Shown here: positions 38,425 through 47,412 of the stretch, one piece after another | Layout of the letters: each line of letters opens with the position of its first letter | How positions within the stretch are numbered: position 1 is the first letter of the stretch | Sequence record: PZ495249.1 | Source of the DNA: a phage | DNA length: 64,000 nucleotides | Reading direction: 5' to 3' (one strand) | Made by a program: the position numbers and the translations under genes | Notes under the pieces: model-generated | Seen by the model: the letters and a program-made list of their open reading frames with translations, nothing else | Databases searched by the model: none | Told to the model about the DNA's origin: nothing

Positions 38425-38446
38425 AAGGGGCGTAAGCCCCTTTCTT
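38425..38446 (+). terminator. GC hairpin, weak terminator
   Basis: AAGGGGCGTAAGCCCCTTTCTT. Confidence 0.45.
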
Positions 38447-38460
38447 ATTGGAGAAATAAT

Positions 38461-38718
38461 ATGACTGACAAATTAGTGAAAGACTTTTATATGATGCACT
38501 ACGTGTACTACTGGAATGATGGTACTAATCGTGGAGAAGGAAACCTCTACCTGGAAACACAAACGGGTACAGGTGTTAGAAAAGAACATATTGATGGGGC
38601 AATTGATCACGTCACCGTGGGATTGGTTAACAACTTGGGCGCTAACAGCGTTGTTGTCGTTCCTACCGGAATATTCTATCTCACCTCTTGCACACCAGAA
38701 GAATTTAACCACTCCTAA
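38461..38718 (+). CDS. hypothetical protein (85 aa)
   Basis: Track ORF 38365..38718 trimmed to ATG at 38461. Confidence 0.45.
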   Translation: MTDKLVKDFYMMHYVYYWNDGTNRGEGNLYLETQTGTGVRKEHIDGAIDHVTVGLVNNLGANSVVVVPTGIFYLTSCTPEEFNHS

Positions 38719-38786
38719 AACTCTCTAAAACGCTCTGTGGGCGTTTTTAATCGTAACTGGTACATCGGTTCATCTTATATATAGAA

Positions 38787-38820
38787 AAGCCCTCAGAAAC
38801 GCTCTGAGGGCTTTATTTTT
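38787..38820 (+). terminator. bidirectional terminator at convergent junction
   Basis: AAGCCCTCAGAAACGCTCTGAGGGCTTTATTTTT; weaker hairpin at 38728-38750; T/A runs on both sides. Confidence 0.65.
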
Positions 38821-38892
38821 ACTCATCTATGAACACACCTATGATTAACATGACCAAGATGATCATTGTAATCACTCCATCCCAGTACCCCA

Positions 38893-39123
38893 TCAATCTA
38901 AACCTTTCGCATAGAGTTCTACAACCAGTTCATCTTCATGCGTGATCCTGGCTATCTGTCGATCACGAAGGAACACTGTCTGGTAATGATGAATTTCGCT
39001 ACACAGGATACATTCCCACAATCCATCTTTCATTTGCTGGTTTACATGTACCTTTACCGGAAACGGGTGAGGGTTGTCCACCAGAAACGCCATACACCCT
39101 TCTTTAATCTCTGACATAATCAC
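38893..39123 (-). CDS. hypothetical protein
   Basis: Track ORF. Confidence 0.45.
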   Translation of the reverse strand: MIMSEIKEGCMAFLVDNPHPFPVKVHVNQQMKDGLWECILCSEIHHYQTVFLRDRQIARITHEDELVVELYAKGLD

Positions 39124-39328
39124 TCCTCAGTTTATCCAACACATCTTCGAACTCATCCGGCTCGTAGTTATATAGACGAGATGATAGCTCTTGGATTAGT
39201 TCCTCCGTAGAAACATCTTCCATATCACTCTTCTCCTCCTTGAGGTAACGATTTCGCCAACCGCAGCCACAATCACCTCCACCAACATAGTTATCACACA
39301 CTTGGCAGTATAAGTAAAGTCCATCCAT
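39104..39328 (-). CDS. hypothetical Cys-rich protein
   Basis: Track ORF. Confidence 0.45.
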   Translation of the reverse strand: MDGLYLYCQVCDNYVGGGDCGCGWRNRYLKEEKSDMEDVSTEELIQELSSRLYNYEPDEFEDVLDKLRSDYVRD

Positions 39329-39342
39329 ATTTTCCTCCTACG

Positions 39343-39365
39343 AAAAAAACCCGCCGAAGCGGGTT
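39343..39365 (-). terminator. rho-independent terminator (same hairpin as 11916/33987, minus strand)
   Basis: Plus strand AAAAAAACCCGCCGAAGCGGGTT. Confidence 0.65.
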
Positions 39366-39382
39366 ACATTTGATATTGACCC

Positions 39383-40375
39383 TTAGTGAGTCTGCGTTTT
39401 GAACGGAAGACGCTCATTGAATTCACGAGCACTACCTGTCAACTTGCCATCAGTGAAATAATAGCAGAATTCACCGTCTGGTGTGGACACACGTACAGCA
39501 TCAATCAGGTTGAACGGAACAGAAATGTTGTTACGAATCTCAATTCCACCAATATTTCTGCTGGTATCCACATGAAGTGCCTGATGTTCTGCACTCACTA
39601 CAACGTACTCAGCACGACGAATCTGATAGTCTTTACCATCTTTGTACAAGATGTACACGATGGTTTGCTTACGCTTTTCAGGCGCTTTACGCTGACGGCG
39701 CGGTGCATTCTTACTTGGTTTAACTGCAATCAGATCTTCGGCATCGTAGTGGTTAATCATGCCATTCTTCCAACGCACAGAGTACACATACATGTTATCT
39801 GGTGTTAATCCAGCCTTTTCGACAATCCCTTTCATGTTAATCGGATTCCAGCCGTACTCACCTAAGCCCACAAATTTTGATTTAGGATTGAGTACCACCA
39901 CATTTCCGTAGTTGAATACAGGCAGTGGCTTATTATCAGATAAAGGTGTGCTTGCATCCACCTCTTTCACCATACGAGGAACAAACATCCATGCACGAGG
40001 TACGAACTGATCGCCACCTTCGCCGTGAGGGAAGTGGATAAATACATTGTACCCTGCCAGATCACCTGAACGATACACACGTTCAGCATCGAACACTTTG
40101 CCTACAAGCTGATCTTTAAATGAATAACTACCATCTAAAATCTGTACTTTAACTTTGTTCATATCTGACATAGGTTTCTCCTCAATAATTTCAATGTTGT
40201 GTAAGTCGAAAATCCACGTAGTTCCTGGTGGGTATTTAAGGATACTATCATGTTCATGATCGATAATCAACCATGCACAACCAAGTTCCTCGTTTATTTC
40301 CGCCACTGAATAAGTGTTACCTACGACTTCTTCTTTGAAGCTGTAGCTTCTTGAGCGCAACACCTTAGCTCTCAT
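39383..40375 (-). CDS. hypothetical protein with internal duplicated segment
   Basis: Track ORF 330 aa; SYSFKEEVVGNTYSV and SYSFKDQLVGKVF repeats. Confidence 0.55.
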   Translation of the reverse strand: MRAKVLRSRSYSFKEEVVGNTYSVAEINEELGCAWLIIDHEHDSILKYPPGTTWIFDLHNIEIIEEKPMSDMNKVKVQILDGSYSFKDQLVGKVFDAERVYRSGDLAGYNVFIHFPHGEGGDQFVPRAWMFVPRMVKEVDASTPLSDNKPLPVFNYGNVVVLNPKSKFVGLGEYGWNPINMKGIVEKAGLTPDNMYVYSVRWKNGMINHYDAEDLIAVKPSKNAPRRQRKAPEKRKQTIVYILYKDGKDYQIRRAEYVVVSAEHQALHVDTSRNIGGIEIRNNISVPFNLIDAVRVSTPDGEFCYYFTDGKLTGSAREFNERLPFKTQTH

Positions 40376-40670
40376 TGCCCTTCTCCACTAAGCCAAGAGA
40401 CTGTGAATACTCTCTGTAAAACTTCACCTTCTCTTTCTTGAAAGCTATCTTATCAGGATCTGGCACAAAGTCAAACCCTTCTTCCTCATTTAGAAGTTGA
40501 ATAATAGCCAGAAGATCATTAATCTCCTGGTGGAGGCGTTCGCGATTAGTTTCGTCACGCCCTGTTTGCATTTCTTCTGTCCCGAAGTGCATGTTTTTTG
40601 AGGCCATTTGACCGACCTCATTACATTCCTCGGATAGTTTGAGAAGAAGATACTGCCAATTCTTCATCAT
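40365..40670 (-). CDS. hypothetical protein, possible MazG-like pyrophosphohydrolase
   Basis: Track ORF; LLKLSEECNEVGQ resembles MazG helix; tentative. Confidence 0.4.
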   Translation of the reverse strand: MMKNWQYLLLKLSEECNEVGQMASKNMHFGTEEMQTGRDETNRERLHQEINDLLAIIQLLNEEEGFDFVPDPDKIAFKKEKVKFYREYSQSLGLVEKGNES

Positions 40671-40954
40671 ACACTTTCCCTCGTAAAGTAGTAAGATTCG
40701 TACTCTGAACGAGTGACGATCTCAGGGTGTTCAGGTTCACCCAAGCCAATGCGGATATCTTTAACAATGTTATTGTTAAACATGCAGTGTTCTCCACGCA
40801 TGTAGATACCGTTTACTGTTGGAGCGATATCATATTTACCGATGCTGCTGAATTTAATTTCGCCATCAAAATCTTTGACGACTACAACTGCGTACTCAGG
40901 CCACACCATATCCCGTTCTTTCAGTTTTTCGTACACTTCTTGCACCAGTTCCAT
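40667..40954 (-). CDS. hypothetical protein
   Basis: Track ORF. Confidence 0.45.
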   Translation of the reverse strand: MELVQEVYEKLKERDMVWPEYAVVVVKDFDGEIKFSSIGKYDIAPTVNGIYMRGEHCMFNNNIVKDIRIGLGEPEHPEIVTRSEYESYYFTRESV

Positions 40955-40955
40955 A

Positions 40956-41339
40956 CTACCTCCTCAGTTTATACTTTTCTAACTTGACCACTTCAACAAG
41001 CTCTGCTTTCTTCCGGTGGAAACACACCTGCTTACGTCCCTTCTTTACATGACGTTCGTCTACTTCCCATATCTCAAGTAGTGCGCCTTGCTTGCAACTT
41101 GCGATAAACATATCCCTGTCAAACCAAGCATGTAATTGTTCAAGGGAAGAAAACGCAAAGTGGTCGGTTTTACGCACATTTAATATCCCATCATCATCAG
41201 GTCGAGGATGTTGATCGGTCATAGAAGAAATATCTCGACCAATCATCTCACTAACAGCCGAACTCATTACAGTTCCTGGTTTTACCTCTGTGAAATAGAA
41301 ACCTTTACCGTCCTTCCCTGCTACACGCCATACTCTCAT
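40956..41339 (-). CDS. hypothetical protein
   Basis: Track ORF. Confidence 0.45.
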   Translation of the reverse strand: MRVWRVAGKDGKGFYFTEVKPGTVMSSAVSEMIGRDISSMTDQHPRPDDDGILNVRKTDHFAFSSLEQLHAWFDRDMFIASCKQGALLEIWEVDERHVKKGRKQVCFHRKKAELVEVVKLEKYKLRR

Positions 41340-41467
41340 TTCATCAGCCTCGGTAAGATTAGACCGAGAACCATTCCTGCAATAAGAGCAGCGATCAGAC
41401 TGTACTTAGCAGCCCCAAAGATGATCAGCACTGCAATGATAATCACAACTGTTGACATACAACCTCC

Positions 41468-41677
41468 TTAGATGGTGAATTTTTCCTCTTCCGGCTTATC
41501 ACGGTTAGGTGAGTATACATGCGATGGGTTGAAACCTTTAAAATTACCGCGACCTTTACGAGGACAGTTAAAAGTCTTCGCCTGGTGATCGCCAAATGAC
41601 TTACCACAATGAATACATTTGAAATTGGTTTCGTTGAACATGCAATTCTCCTTATTATGATAGGCTGTACCTATCAA
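41468..41677 (-). CDS. hypothetical Zn-ribbon protein
   Basis: Track ORF; CIHCG...CPRKG. Confidence 0.45.
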   Translation of the reverse strand: MIGTAYHNKENCMFNETNFKCIHCGKSFGDHQAKTFNCPRKGRGNFKGFNPSHVYSPNRDKPEEEKFTI

Positions 41678-41829
41678 AGTACAGCCTTTAATAGATATTA
41701 ACGTTTAGAGTCGAGGAAAGCCTGAATCTTAGCAGTAGCCTTGTTCAGTTCTACAACAATAACGTCTTTATACTTATGGGTAAGATAACCCAGTACAAAC
41801 ATTACGATTCCAGTTAACATTTTATCTCC

Positions 41830-42429
41830 TTAATAGGTTGCTTCATGTGGGTAGAAAAAGTACAGATCCGATTCTCGGAAGCCGAATGGTTTATTTACAC
41901 CAGGGATCATGTTCAAAATACTCCCTTTGATGTTAATTCCATTGTCTTCTTTCTGGTACTCGCCTGGGTATAAACGGAGTGTGACAGGAAAATTTACATC
42001 TCCCAGTTCCGCGAAATCCCCATCGTTGAGCAAAGTTACTTCTAAGGCTTCAACGGTTAATGGCTTAACTGCATCTTCACGTTTTCCGAGGAGAAAGTCA
42101 ATCGCTTTTTCAAGAGCGCGATTGTTGAGAACCTCTCCTGTCTCTTCAAAATATGCATCAGCCACACGTAGTGTGCGCGGATCAAGTGGTTCCTCTGCAC
42201 GTTTGAACGTCGCAGGGAGGAGAGGGCAAAGATTGATCCGCTTCTCTTCATCATACCAATGACAGATCCACACTTTGTTATACTCCATCTGGTAATCTTC
42301 CGCGATCAGAGTTACCAGTGTCCCAGTGGCTGGAACACGGTAGTAGTCACTGATAGGTGCGCCTGTAAACTTAACCACCAGACCTGGGCGGAGCGGTGAT
42401 AAACCGTCCCAGTAATCATCTCTTGTCAT
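41830..42429 (-). CDS. hypothetical protein
   Basis: Track ORF. Confidence 0.5.
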   Translation of the reverse strand: MTRDDYWDGLSPLRPGLVVKFTGAPISDYYRVPATGTLVTLIAEDYQMEYNKVWICHWYDEEKRINLCPLLPATFKRAEEPLDPRTLRVADAYFEETGEVLNNRALEKAIDFLLGKREDAVKPLTVEALEVTLLNDGDFAELGDVNFPVTLRLYPGEYQKEDNGINIKGSILNMIPGVNKPFGFRESDLYFFYPHEATY

Positions 42430-42872
42430 AGATACCCCTTATCCTCAACACCATCCATTGAAGATTCCCAACCATGAGAATAATAGCCATTATGGGAATT
42501 GTAGAGATGCAGGTAGGCAACACCTCCTGTTGCACTATACATACGAAACACAACAGTTTCATCAAAGTCGTAGTTATCAACAAAAGTGGTATCAAAACGA
42601 TAACCTACCAGTTCTGCTTCTTGAACTTCCGGCACATTTTCGTGATCTTCATAGCCTACAGCTTCACGAGTAATGTACCAACCGAACTGCTCACAGCACT
42701 GACCATCCATATCATAACCTACAAAGTTATCAAGATCATCAATGAAGTTAATGCTGCTGGTGTAATTTTTGTAATTCTCTTTGATTAGCATATCAAAGCC
42801 CCATTTCTTCGATATATGCTTCCAGTTCAGGGTGTTCAGCCAAGAACTGTTCCCAAGCTGCATTTGCTTCAA
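42426..42872 (-). CDS. hypothetical protein
   Basis: Track ORF. Confidence 0.5.
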   Translation of the reverse strand: MKQMQLGNSSWLNTLNWKHISKKWGFDMLIKENYKNYTSSINFIDDLDNFVGYDMDGQCCEQFGWYITREAVGYEDHENVPEVQEAELVGYRFDTTFVDNYDFDETVVFRMYSATGGVAYLHLYNSHNGYYSHGWESSMDGVEDKGYL

Positions 42873-42995
42873 AAGCGGTCTGAATTTCTTCTACCGTGGG
42901 GCTTGGATTGAACACAACAGCCATATCTGCCTGACAGGAGGTGGCGAGCAGGACAACAGCACGTTCGAGGATATCTTGATTTGGAATATTCATTG
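42793..42995 (-). CDS. hypothetical protein (67 aa)
   Basis: Track ORF 42793..43128 trimmed to ATG at 42995 after AAGGAGAAACC. Confidence 0.4.
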
Positions 42996-43003
42996 GTTTC
43001 TCC

Positions 43004-43636
43004 TTATTTGTATGGATAAAACAGATTGTTACCTTCAATCTCTTTGTGGTAGATCGGTTTATTCTTGGCAATATATGCCAGCTTTTCAGCAGTTTGGATG
43101 TTTGGTGCAGGGTTTTCACCGAACACATCCTCAGAGTGGATGTAGCTCAACCCACGGATAGGGAATCCCCAACCAGCATCAGACCCAGTAAGACCTGCCT
43201 TTATTGCACGATGTGATCGTGCGGCATCTTCGTAACCGTAACGGTTATATTCAAGATTATACCCGCCAATCGTTTCCATTGCAAGTTTATCTTGATAAAC
43301 GAAACAACCAAGAGCACTGAACCAGTAAGTGATATCACTCTCAGCATACAAGAACTCACCACCGAAGATATCTGGCAGAACCATGTAGTGAATACCATTT
43401 GCTTGCGCTTCCTGGATGAAATAATCTTCCCAACCCAGACGAGTTGGATAACAGTCGTCATCAAAGATGAATACGTGATCGTAGCCATCAAAGTGAGCAA
43501 GCACCTGATTACGTGCATGACCAGGACCAAGCCGCTCTATATCTGTGTAGATAAAGGTTTCGTGCGTAGTTTTCTCAAAGAACTTCGGATTAATCTCACG
43601 AAGTCCCATAGTGATTACGCCAACGCCAATTTTCAT
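43004..43636 (-). CDS. GT-A fold (family-2-like) glycosyltransferase
   Basis: Track ORF; DDD (DxD) motif and GGYNLEYNRYGYEDAARSHR. Confidence 0.6.
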   Translation of the reverse strand: MKIGVGVITMGLREINPKFFEKTTHETFIYTDIERLGPGHARNQVLAHFDGYDHVFIFDDDCYPTRLGWEDYFIQEAQANGIHYMVLPDIFGGEFLYAESDITYWFSALGCFVYQDKLAMETIGGYNLEYNRYGYEDAARSHRAIKAGLTGSDAGWGFPIRGLSYIHSEDVFGENPAPNIQTAEKLAYIAKNKPIYHKEIEGNNLFYPYK

Positions 43637-43649
43637 ACTACCTCCATTC

Positions 43650-43919
43650 TCAATTAGTGAAATGGTATTTCACATCAATATTCATATATTCCAGTTCGCG
43701 ACCTTCTTCAAACTCCGTGTAGGTGAAGGTGATGTAGGCAATACCATACCGATCAAAGTTGAAGGTTGGTACTTTTTCACGAATCTGCTGCACAGCGAGA
43801 AGAATATCTTCCTCCTTCTCCCAGTAAGAATAAGTGCCATCTTCTTCCATGACAAGCTGCTTCTCCTGAATATCAACGAAGACATAACAATTTTGCGGCT
43901 TATCTCGTTTAGTGGACAA
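43650..43919 (-). CDS. hypothetical protein
   Basis: Track ORF (non-ATG start as reported). Confidence 0.4.
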   Translation of the reverse strand: MSTKRDKPQNCYVFVDIQEKQLVMEEDGTYSYWEKEEDILLAVQQIREKVPTFNFDRYGIAYITFTYTEFEEGRELEYMNIDVKYHFTN

Positions 43920-44298
43920 AATCCTCTCCTTCGCTTTCGCTTATAAGTTGGCCTTTCCAGTATAATTTAGTGCGAACACAAATGTACTGGGTATCACTAC
44001 CAGGATCGTTAGTGTACCTGGTTTCCACTATCGTTTCAACAGATAAGTCCTGGAGGAAGTCCATTGGATCAATATTAGTCATCTTAAACCTCCTTCCGAA
44101 TTATCCAAGCGTTGATTAGCTCTCTTCATCAGTTATTCGCCGCAATAAGTGCAGTTACAACAGCAACGGCAAAACTACCTACAAACACAGCCACACCATC
44201 AATACCGTAATGAAACAGGAGGCTACCACCGCAGATTGTGAGGAAAGATACTACAAAACTCAGAATAAATACGATTGCAACTTGCATCGCTCACCTCC

Positions 44299-44496
44299 TC
44301 AGTATTCAGGTGTATCTCGCCAATCGTCTTCTTGTCCTTCATAGTCAAGAAAACGATCAGTGTCATTCATCAGATAGCCAAACTCAGATGCCATCATGAG
44401 TTCAACTTCACGGTCTAAATTTACAGGAGGATCACCCGCCCGAACTTTTCTTATCTCCATTAGCGCTCCCCTATGCTTTCTGGTGTACCATCCCAC
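44299..44496 (-). CDS. hypothetical protein
   Basis: Track ORF. Confidence 0.4.
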   Translation of the reverse strand: MGWYTRKHRGALMEIRKVRAGDPPVNLDREVELMMASEFGYLMNDTDRFLDYEGQEDDWRDTPEY

Positions 44497-44648
44497 GCGC
44501 CAAGTATCTCTTTCAAGTGCTCGCGTGGCTCTTTAAACATCTCTTCCATCTTATCTAAGATATCGTCAGTGCTTGGGCTATACCCTGGAACACCACGGAG
44601 GGTGTTTTTCTCCTGGATGGCTAACCATCTGTGATAACTTCGTACCAT
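44460..44648 (-). CDS. hypothetical protein
   Basis: Track ORF. Confidence 0.4.
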   Translation of the reverse strand: MVRSYHRWLAIQEKNTLRGVPGYSPSTDDILDKMEEMFKEPREHLKEILGAWDGTPESIGER

Positions 44649-44740
44649 AATCCCTCCGCTTAGGATTTATCCGAGCGCCGAAGGCGCGATCTAATATCTA
44701 TCGCGATTTACTTCTGTCCGGTAGCCGGACATTGTAAACG

Positions 44741-44962
44741 CTATTCTACTATTTCCGTTTCAACAACCGCTGTTGTAAATATCCCGCAGAGTAAGACAAG
44801 CAACAGGAAACCGAACCGCTGCATATTACTCCACTCTGTAATGTCCAAAGTAGGCAGGTAGAGGAAAATGAAAGCAATTAGGGCGTAACCTACGCTAAAA
44901 ATGCTAATCAACATTATCCAGAAAACGGTAATCCAGATCATAGATTTACGCATATTACTCAT
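44741..44962 (-). CDS. hypothetical membrane protein
   Basis: Track ORF 44741..45007 trimmed to internal ATG with GAGGAAGAG upstream. Confidence 0.4.
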   Translation of the reverse strand: MSNMRKSMIWITVFWIMLISIFSVGYALIAFIFLYLPTLDITEWSNMQRFGFLLLVLLCGIFTTAVVETEIVE

Positions 44963-45488
44963 TCCACTCTTCCTCAATTTTCTGGAGTGCTTCCCACACC
45001 CCTTCAATTACACGTTGGCTAACAGCGTCAGGATGTTCTTCTGACATGTCCACACCCTCCACGATTTCAGGATACCATGTATACTGCCACAGATTGAAGC
45101 TGTTACGGATATCTTGTCCAAGCGTGTGGTGATATTCGATCAGGTCTTCACGTTTGCATTCACGCAAACCCGATTGCTTGCGAACCTCTTCTGGTAGTTC
45201 ATTCCACCAGGTGAGCACTCGTGCAACCATCAGCTTAATACCTGGGCGTGATCGGTAGAGTTTCCAGCCGTCAGACCAGAACACTTGTTCGATGGCTTCG
45301 AGAAAATCTCGATCAACGTCATCAGATTGCACCTCGACAGAACCTTCTCGCAGATATGTACCTACGCCAACATCGATCCGGTAGCCTTTCAGTTGCAGGG
45401 CATTACGCAGGGTTTCTGGGATGATATTATCCTCCACTTCTTTCACTGCTTCCACGGATGGAACCCAAATACTGATAAGTTTGAACAT
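44955..45488 (-). CDS. hypothetical protein
   Basis: Track ORF. Confidence 0.5.
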   Translation of the reverse strand: MFKLISIWVPSVEAVKEVEDNIIPETLRNALQLKGYRIDVGVGTYLREGSVEVQSDDVDRDFLEAIEQVFWSDGWKLYRSRPGIKLMVARVLTWWNELPEEVRKQSGLRECKREDLIEYHHTLGQDIRNSFNLWQYTWYPEIVEGVDMSEEHPDAVSQRVIEGVWEALQKIEEEWNE

Positions 45489-45518
45489 GATTTTCTCCTT
45501 TTGGTTAGTATGTGCGTA

Positions 45519-45830
45519 TTATTGCACAAATCCAGTTTGATTGCAAGGCATACATTCAAATATTTGCCCTACATCTGCTTCTCGCCAGCCTAAACCTCCG
45601 CAATAAGGGCAAACAACCTTACCCTTAGATGCAGCCAACTCTTTATATCTTAATTCCAGATCGGCTACATGGCAACGGGCATCAATTTCGTTGTTTTCTG
45701 CTGCGGATAACTTAGCTTCAAGTGCTGCGTAATCTGCATACAGGACATAACCTCCGTTCTCGGAGAGTTCCATATCACACTGACCAGCAGCACCTTCACT
45801 GTAAATCTGTAGATCGTATCTGTCAACCAT
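45519..45830 (-). CDS. hypothetical Zn-ribbon protein
   Basis: Track ORF; CPYCGG...CMPCN. Confidence 0.45.
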   Translation of the reverse strand: MVDRYDLQIYSEGAAGQCDMELSENGGYVLYADYAALEAKLSAAENNEIDARCHVADLELRYKELAASKGKVVCPYCGGLGWREADVGQIFECMPCNQTGFVQ

Positions 45831-46053
45831 CTATCCACTCTCCTTCATGATATTTCACTGCATAGTGATAGTAATCAACCATGTTCCACGTTGTAACACC
45901 AGCCATACTATCACAGAAGCCGTAATCAGGGTAGTTGTAATAATCTGCTACCCTCTTACCAGCGGCGTGTGCCGCCTCTTCACTATCACAGGCACACACC
46001 ACTCTTGACCATGCACAATCGAAACCTTTATATTGTAGCTGAACGAGCCACAT
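45823..46053 (-). CDS. hypothetical protein
   Basis: Track ORF. Confidence 0.45.
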   Translation of the reverse strand: MWLVQLQYKGFDCAWSRVVCACDSEEAAHAAGKRVADYYNYPDYGFCDSMAGVTTWNMVDYYHYAVKYHEGEWIDG

Positions 46054-46054
46054 A

Positions 46055-46285
46055 TTACCATTCCGAAATTTTCAGAGGTTTAGTGGCACGAGCATGATAC
46101 TGGGTGATATCCTCATAGGACAGCCCTTTCTCGCTTTCAGCACGAGCCTTTACCACCTGAGCAAAGGTTGCGTCGGATAGGTTGCTATCCCACTCACCCA
46201 CTGCAACACCGTCAGGTGTCACCAAGAAGAATTTCAGGGATTCGTCCAGTTTGTCTACTGCTTTATACAGAGTATTTGTTTTCAT
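46055..46285 (-). CDS. hypothetical protein, tandem paralog A
   Basis: Track ORF; LYKAVD...GVAVGEW...SEW shared with next gene. Confidence 0.5.
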   Translation of the reverse strand: MKTNTLYKAVDKLDESLKFFLVTPDGVAVGEWDSNLSDATFAQVVKARAESEKGLSYEDITQYHARATKPLKISEW

Positions 46286-46294
46286 CTGTTCTCC

Positions 46295-46507
46295 TTACCA
46301 CTCTGCGATCAGAGTTGGGTTGATTGCATCATCAAAGGCACTCTTACCTGCGTAGGCATAAGTGGCTTCGTTATCCTGCGTCGTGCGGATCTGTTCACCT
46401 TCATCCATATCATAGAACCAGGCTCCACGAGCCACCCCTTTATCGCTCACGATCCAACGCTTCAATACACCATCACGGCGGTCTACCGCTTTGTAAAGTT
46501 GAGTCAT
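46295..46507 (-). CDS. hypothetical protein, tandem paralog A
   Basis: Track ORF; LYKAVD...GVARGAW...AEW; AGGAGGA RBS. Confidence 0.5.
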   Translation of the reverse strand: MTQLYKAVDRRDGVLKRWIVSDKGVARGAWFYDMDEGEQIRTTQDNEATYAYAGKSAFDDAINPTLIAEW

Positions 46508-46690
46508 TTATCCTCCTAATAGGAAAAATCTATCAATCATTTCTGATTAATCGGGATTATCCATTTTACTTTTGCCGAAAAACATGCTACCCTAATCTTA
46601 GATGCCGAGCGATAGCGAGGTAGCTAAAAGATAGTTTTCATGAGTATCATGAAAGAAGTATACCGTAGGTACTCCTGGTATGTTACTCAC

Positions 46691-47092
46691 TTATCTCTCA
46701 CTTATCTCCATAGTCTCAGATAGTTTCTTCATCTCTAAGGTAGAAAGTAAGTTATCAGAAGCTAAGAGCATAGCATCTACCTCAGAGTAAGATAATGCCT
46801 TTCTCTTTAATACATCTCTTTCATGTTCAGAGATAAAGCCTAAAGCTAATGCTGTATCCCAGGCTGCTGACACATGTCCTCTTATCCGGTTAACAACTAT
46901 CTCCATCTGGGAAGTCTTCCACTTGAAGATCCACCAACCACTCTCCACTTTCGTAGAAAGCAGACGTTGATTAACCTCCTTCACTAATCGATCACGATAA
47001 CCAGCTTTCCTGCGAGCAGTGATTAACAAATCACGAGGCACACGGTGTACACCACCTTCTGGTTCAACATAGTTTGTGTAGAACATAATCAC
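46691..47092 (-). CDS. hypothetical protein
   Basis: Track ORF. Confidence 0.45.
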   Translation of the reverse strand: MIMFYTNYVEPEGGVHRVPRDLLITARRKAGYRDRLVKEVNQRLLSTKVESGWWIFKWKTSQMEIVVNRIRGHVSAAWDTALALGFISEHERDVLKRKALSYSEVDAMLLASDNLLSTLEMKKLSETMEISER

Positions 47093-47379
47093 CTCATAAG
47101 TGTAAGATGGATTTCATGGTTTTGTGATAATTCACGAGTTCGCGTGTAAGCGTACCAACGACTACCAGATCCTTTATTACTAAAGTTTTGACCATTGAGA
47201 GGTATACGATTAAAGAATGTCACCTCACCATGCTCAAAGAGTCGCTCCGATTCTACCATGATTTTCAACTGCTGGTAGTAATATTCGAAAGCTTTCCCTC
47301 TTTCACAAATCTCTTTGGCAAGGACGTTGTGTTTCACTCGATCAGCTAAAGTCATAAGCCCTCCTCTGGGTGTTCGCAA
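47089..47379 (-). CDS. hypothetical protein
   Basis: Track ORF. Confidence 0.45.
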   Translation of the reverse strand: MRTPRGGLMTLADRVKHNVLAKEICERGKAFEYYYQQLKIMVESERLFEHGEVTFFNRIPLNGQNFSNKGSGSRWYAYTRTRELSQNHEIHLTLMR

Positions 47380-47412
47380 AATTTTAGGGAGGGAGGTTCA
47401 CCTTCCCATCCC

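Noticed and set aside
41339-44289. Several sub-60-aa hydrophobic ORFs on the minus strand (around 41340-41458, 41701-41823, 43909-44057, 44134-44289, and similarly 47907-48023, 50344-50505, 52896-53021)
   Set aside because: Plausible small membrane proteins that fill gaps and some have RBS-like sequences, but coordinates could not be fixed reliably by hand, so they are not listed as features.
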